This document shows, piece by piece, positions 61,125 to 64,000 of a stretch of 64,000 nucleotides of DNA. The notes beneath the pieces are model-generated. The model saw only the letters and a list, made by a program, of their open reading frames with translations, was not told the DNA's origin and did no database searches. The stretch is from Macrostomum lignano. Taxonomy: Eukaryota. Numbering within the stretch: position 1 is the stretch's first letter; each line of letters begins with the position of its first letter. Both the position numbers and the translations under genes were made by a program. The stretch lies in assembly GCA_002269645.1 (NCBI GenBank), contig NIVC01000301.1, positions 294,460-358,459 of the forward strand, in the 5' to 3' direction.

Positions 61125-62945
61125 CACAGACAGACACACAGACAGACAGACACTAAGACAGACAGACAGACAGACAGCAGACAGACAGACAGACAGCAGA
61201 CAGACAGACCTGAGCACCGGCATAGGCGAACACCTCAGCCAGGGGGCTGGTGGCGGCGCCGTGCATGTAGCGCGGGTTGGAGAACAGGTTGCAGGTGGCC
61301 CAGAGCAGCTGGACGCCGGTGCGCTGCTGCAGCTCCAGCGCGTGCTCCACCACGGCCTCCAAGTTGGCGTTGGTCTCGGCGAGACTGGCGCCCTCCGGTG
61401 CGATGTCGCGGTCGTGAAACGTGTAGAACTGGACGCCCAGCTTGGTGAAAAACTCGAAGGCCGCATTGAGTCGCCGTTTGGCGTCGTCCACGGTCTCGGC
61501 GGGCCGGTTCCAGGCGCGGCTGAGGGTGGGCGCCCCGAACGGGTCGAGGCCGGTGCCGCGGAACGTGTGCCAGAACACCACGGAGAAGCGCAGCCAGTCG
61601 GACATGGGCTTACCGAGGATCACCTGGCCGGATGAAAGCCGGAATGAGTTTGACTTTCGCAAACAGAAAAGCCAGCATTTTGATTGTTGAATATCTGGAC
61701 GGTCTTGAATGCTGGCGCTGGACAAATTTATGGAACTCTTTGAGTCTGAGCTGCTCTGAGGCCGTTTAAAGTGCACTGGATCTCCAACGATGTTTAGTCT
61801 GGCTTGAATGCAAATCAATGCTGGTGGCGCACAGAGCAGGCTTCTTGGCCTGTCAGTATTGAGCAGAAGAGATGCAGACAGTTGTTCAAAATTGTAGTTG
61901 GTGCTCAAATCGAATTGGATGGCAGTCAATCAGCAATTTAAAATGTTTAAAACCTTCCACTTTTGGTCTTGCTAGCCACTTCCACTTGCTTACAACTTGA
62001 ACAATTTTGATTTGTAAACTTTCGTGCTTGTGAAGTGTCGAGCTTGTGAAGTATCAAGCTCATGAAGTATCAAGCTCATGAAGTATCAAGCTTGTGAAGT
62101 ATCAAGCTTGTGAAGTATCAAGCTCATGAAGTATCAAGCTCATGAAGTATCAAGCTTGTGAAGTATCAAGCTCATGAAGTATCAAGCTTGTGAAGTATCA
62201 AGCTCATGAAGTATCAAGCTCATGAAGTATCAAGCTCATGAAGTATCAAGCTTGTGAAGTATCAAGCTCATGAAGTATCAAGCTTGTGAAGTATCAAGCT
62301 CATGAAGTATCAAGCTCATGAAGTATCAAGCTCATGAAGTATCAAGCTCATGAAGTATCAAGCTCATGAAGTATCAAGCTTGTGAAGTATCAAGCTCATG
62401 AAGTATCAAGCTCATGAAGTATCAAGCTCATGAAGTATTAGTTTGTGAAGTTTAGAGTATACAAAGCTCTGAATTTCTTAAATAGATAATCAACTTTCAT
62501 CCAATTTGATTTAAGCTCCAACAAAAAATTGAACAATTGTTTGCATCACTTCTGGTCAATGTCGGCCCATTGGAGGGAGGGAAAAATGACAGGGACCTAT
62601 AATACATAATATTCTATGTATTATTAATATTGACAACAGACAATCAGACATTGATTACATTTGAGCTGGACTAAATCCTAGACTCAATGAATAAGTTAAG
62701 CCGAATTTAATGATAATAACTTGCCTCAGATGGATTATAGTACTTAAAACAAAGTGTTTCAGTTGGTGGCGCATCAGGGCAATATTGAATTTTTCCAATG
62801 CCTACAAAGTCATTTAAACAATTAATTGACAGTTAGCAAAATTAAAACATTCTATTAAAAGACCTATGCAATTTTGCAATTATATTAAAAAGCAAATTAA
62901 TAGAAGTGAGCATATACCAGGAAAATATTCAACCTTCTCTGCCAT
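58309..62945 (-). CDS. xylA: Xylose isomerase, class II; exons 62945-62918, 62801-62725, 61623-61210, 60720-60576, 60499-60416, 59174-58681, 58392-58309 (441 aa)
   Basis: Joined CDS is 1326 nt: [16 protein letters not shown]...[29 protein letters not shown]...FHDRD...VFWGGREGY...IEPKPKEP...YDYD...NIEPNH...SVDAN...WDTDQF...GGLNFD...SGQQE. All catalytic and metal ligands are present. Intron 2 uses a GC donor (GAG|GCAAGT). Confidence 0.93.
58440..58625. repeat. ~22-bp degenerate repeat in the last xylA intron
   Basis: gagttcgctgcgtactttaccc. Confidence 0.8.
59195..60150. repeat. 18-bp minisatellite in a xylA intron
   Basis: gagattagagacgggaat (source of the spurious MRLETG ORF). Confidence 0.95.
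60770..61209. repeat. (GACA)n microsatellite filling xylA intron 3
   Basis: On the coding strand it begins at the donor itself (CAG|GTCTGTCTG). Confidence 0.95.
62045..62440. repeat. 16-bp minisatellite in xylA intron 2
   Basis: tgaagtatcaagct(ca/tg). Confidence 0.95.
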
Positions 62946-64000
62946 GATTCAAGAAAGCTGAAAGGTGGATAAAATATAGATAGTCAAGCTAAAATTATTA
63001 ATTTTCATATCCCAATAAAATAATTATATATTATATATTAATTATTATTATATATTATTATACTAGGTACTATTTTCTAACATACGAGATTCTAGTAAAT
63101 TTTAATTTAACTATTAAAAAGGGTTTTTATTTCATTCATCTGATGACCAGTTTGTCTGCTAAGTAGTTGAAAAGCTTTTTTCTTAAAAAAACTGATCATC
63201 CATTAGGGAAATAGGAGTGAGGAAAGGAGTTTGGTAGGATGGGGTAGGGAACTGGTTTTACAGTGTCTTTTTATTATTGTTAAAATGCTATGGGTTCTAT
63301 CATTTTAACAAACAATTTCAGGATATACATGTAACATCTATACAGAAAGATTAGTTTCTTTTTCTATCTTTTTTTAATCAATAAGCTTGATTAGAAACCC
63401 GTGGAACAAAAACCATTCAATAAAATTGATAAAATTATCAATGTTTTTTTTCTTATTCAATAATTCTTAAATGCAAGACATGTCATTTTAAATCTAAGGT
63501 TGTTGCATACTATGTTTCCCTCTTTTTAAAACCCTTCTCCTAAATGGCATGTCTATAAGCTAGAATAGATTATCATATTTGAAGAGACTAACCTCTGCAG
63601 TATTTTAACTATATCAACAAAGAGATCATTAGGCAGCTCCCATCTCACTCTACATTTCTACCCTTATTTCTTAGCAGATAAATTGTCAGTAGACAAAATG
63701 ACTTTCCCTTTAAAAATTACCCTCCAAGACTATATAAAAAATCATATTATAATAAAATTATAAAATTTAAAATTATAAAAATTATAAAATTAAAAAACAT
63801 AAAATTAATTTGTTTAAACAGTAATCACAATGAAAAATAATAAAGATAATTTATTTGTATTCCCTATACTTAACTGAAAGCAAAGTCAAAGATGAAAAAG
63901 ATTTATTTGCTTAATAGACTTTACAAAATCTATATCATTTTAGCATAGAAAGCTATAAAAAATATCTAGCAATAAGATTACAAAAATTAATCATGAATAA

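Noticed and set aside
58309-62945. Bacterial contamination or recent HGT of xylA
   Set aside because: Six spliceosomal introns with host-type repeats and host-like GC3 in most exons

Overview
Eukaryotic (metazoan) genomic DNA with GC-rich exons, short or repeat-filled spliceosomal introns, and about 35 different micro/minisatellite arrays covering roughly 23-24 kb (~37%) of the window. The style resembles a free-living flatworm such as Macrostomum, but the organism is an inference only. I reconstructed nine protein-coding genes by hand, with frame-consistent exon phases: a Kelch-repeat protein (+), NDUFS6 (+), AFG3L2 (+, 5 exons), a ~1000-aa signal-peptide/LRR/putative GPI-tail protein (-), synaptotagmin-4/11 (-), a PH/coiled-coil protein (+), TMEM72-like (+), an LRRN-like LRR-Ig-FN3-TM receptor (+, with a 1-nt frameshift) and a 7-exon class II xylose isomerase (-, with a GC-AG intron and AT-rich 5' exons). 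Also present are a tRNA-derived SINE fragment and a hAT-like MITE. Most long ORFs in the supplied track are artefacts of tandem repeats. The most interesting signals are arrays made of splice-signal words (32 in-frame 3' acceptors in the LRRN-like gene, ~36 stop-generating acceptors in the PH gene, donor-seeded microsatellites), a synaptotagmin with no visible start codon that a flatworm spliced-leader AUG would complete, a possible trans-spliced operon, and a sharp codon-composition break inside the xylose isomerase gene. No prokaryote-type system (CRISPR etc.) is present.
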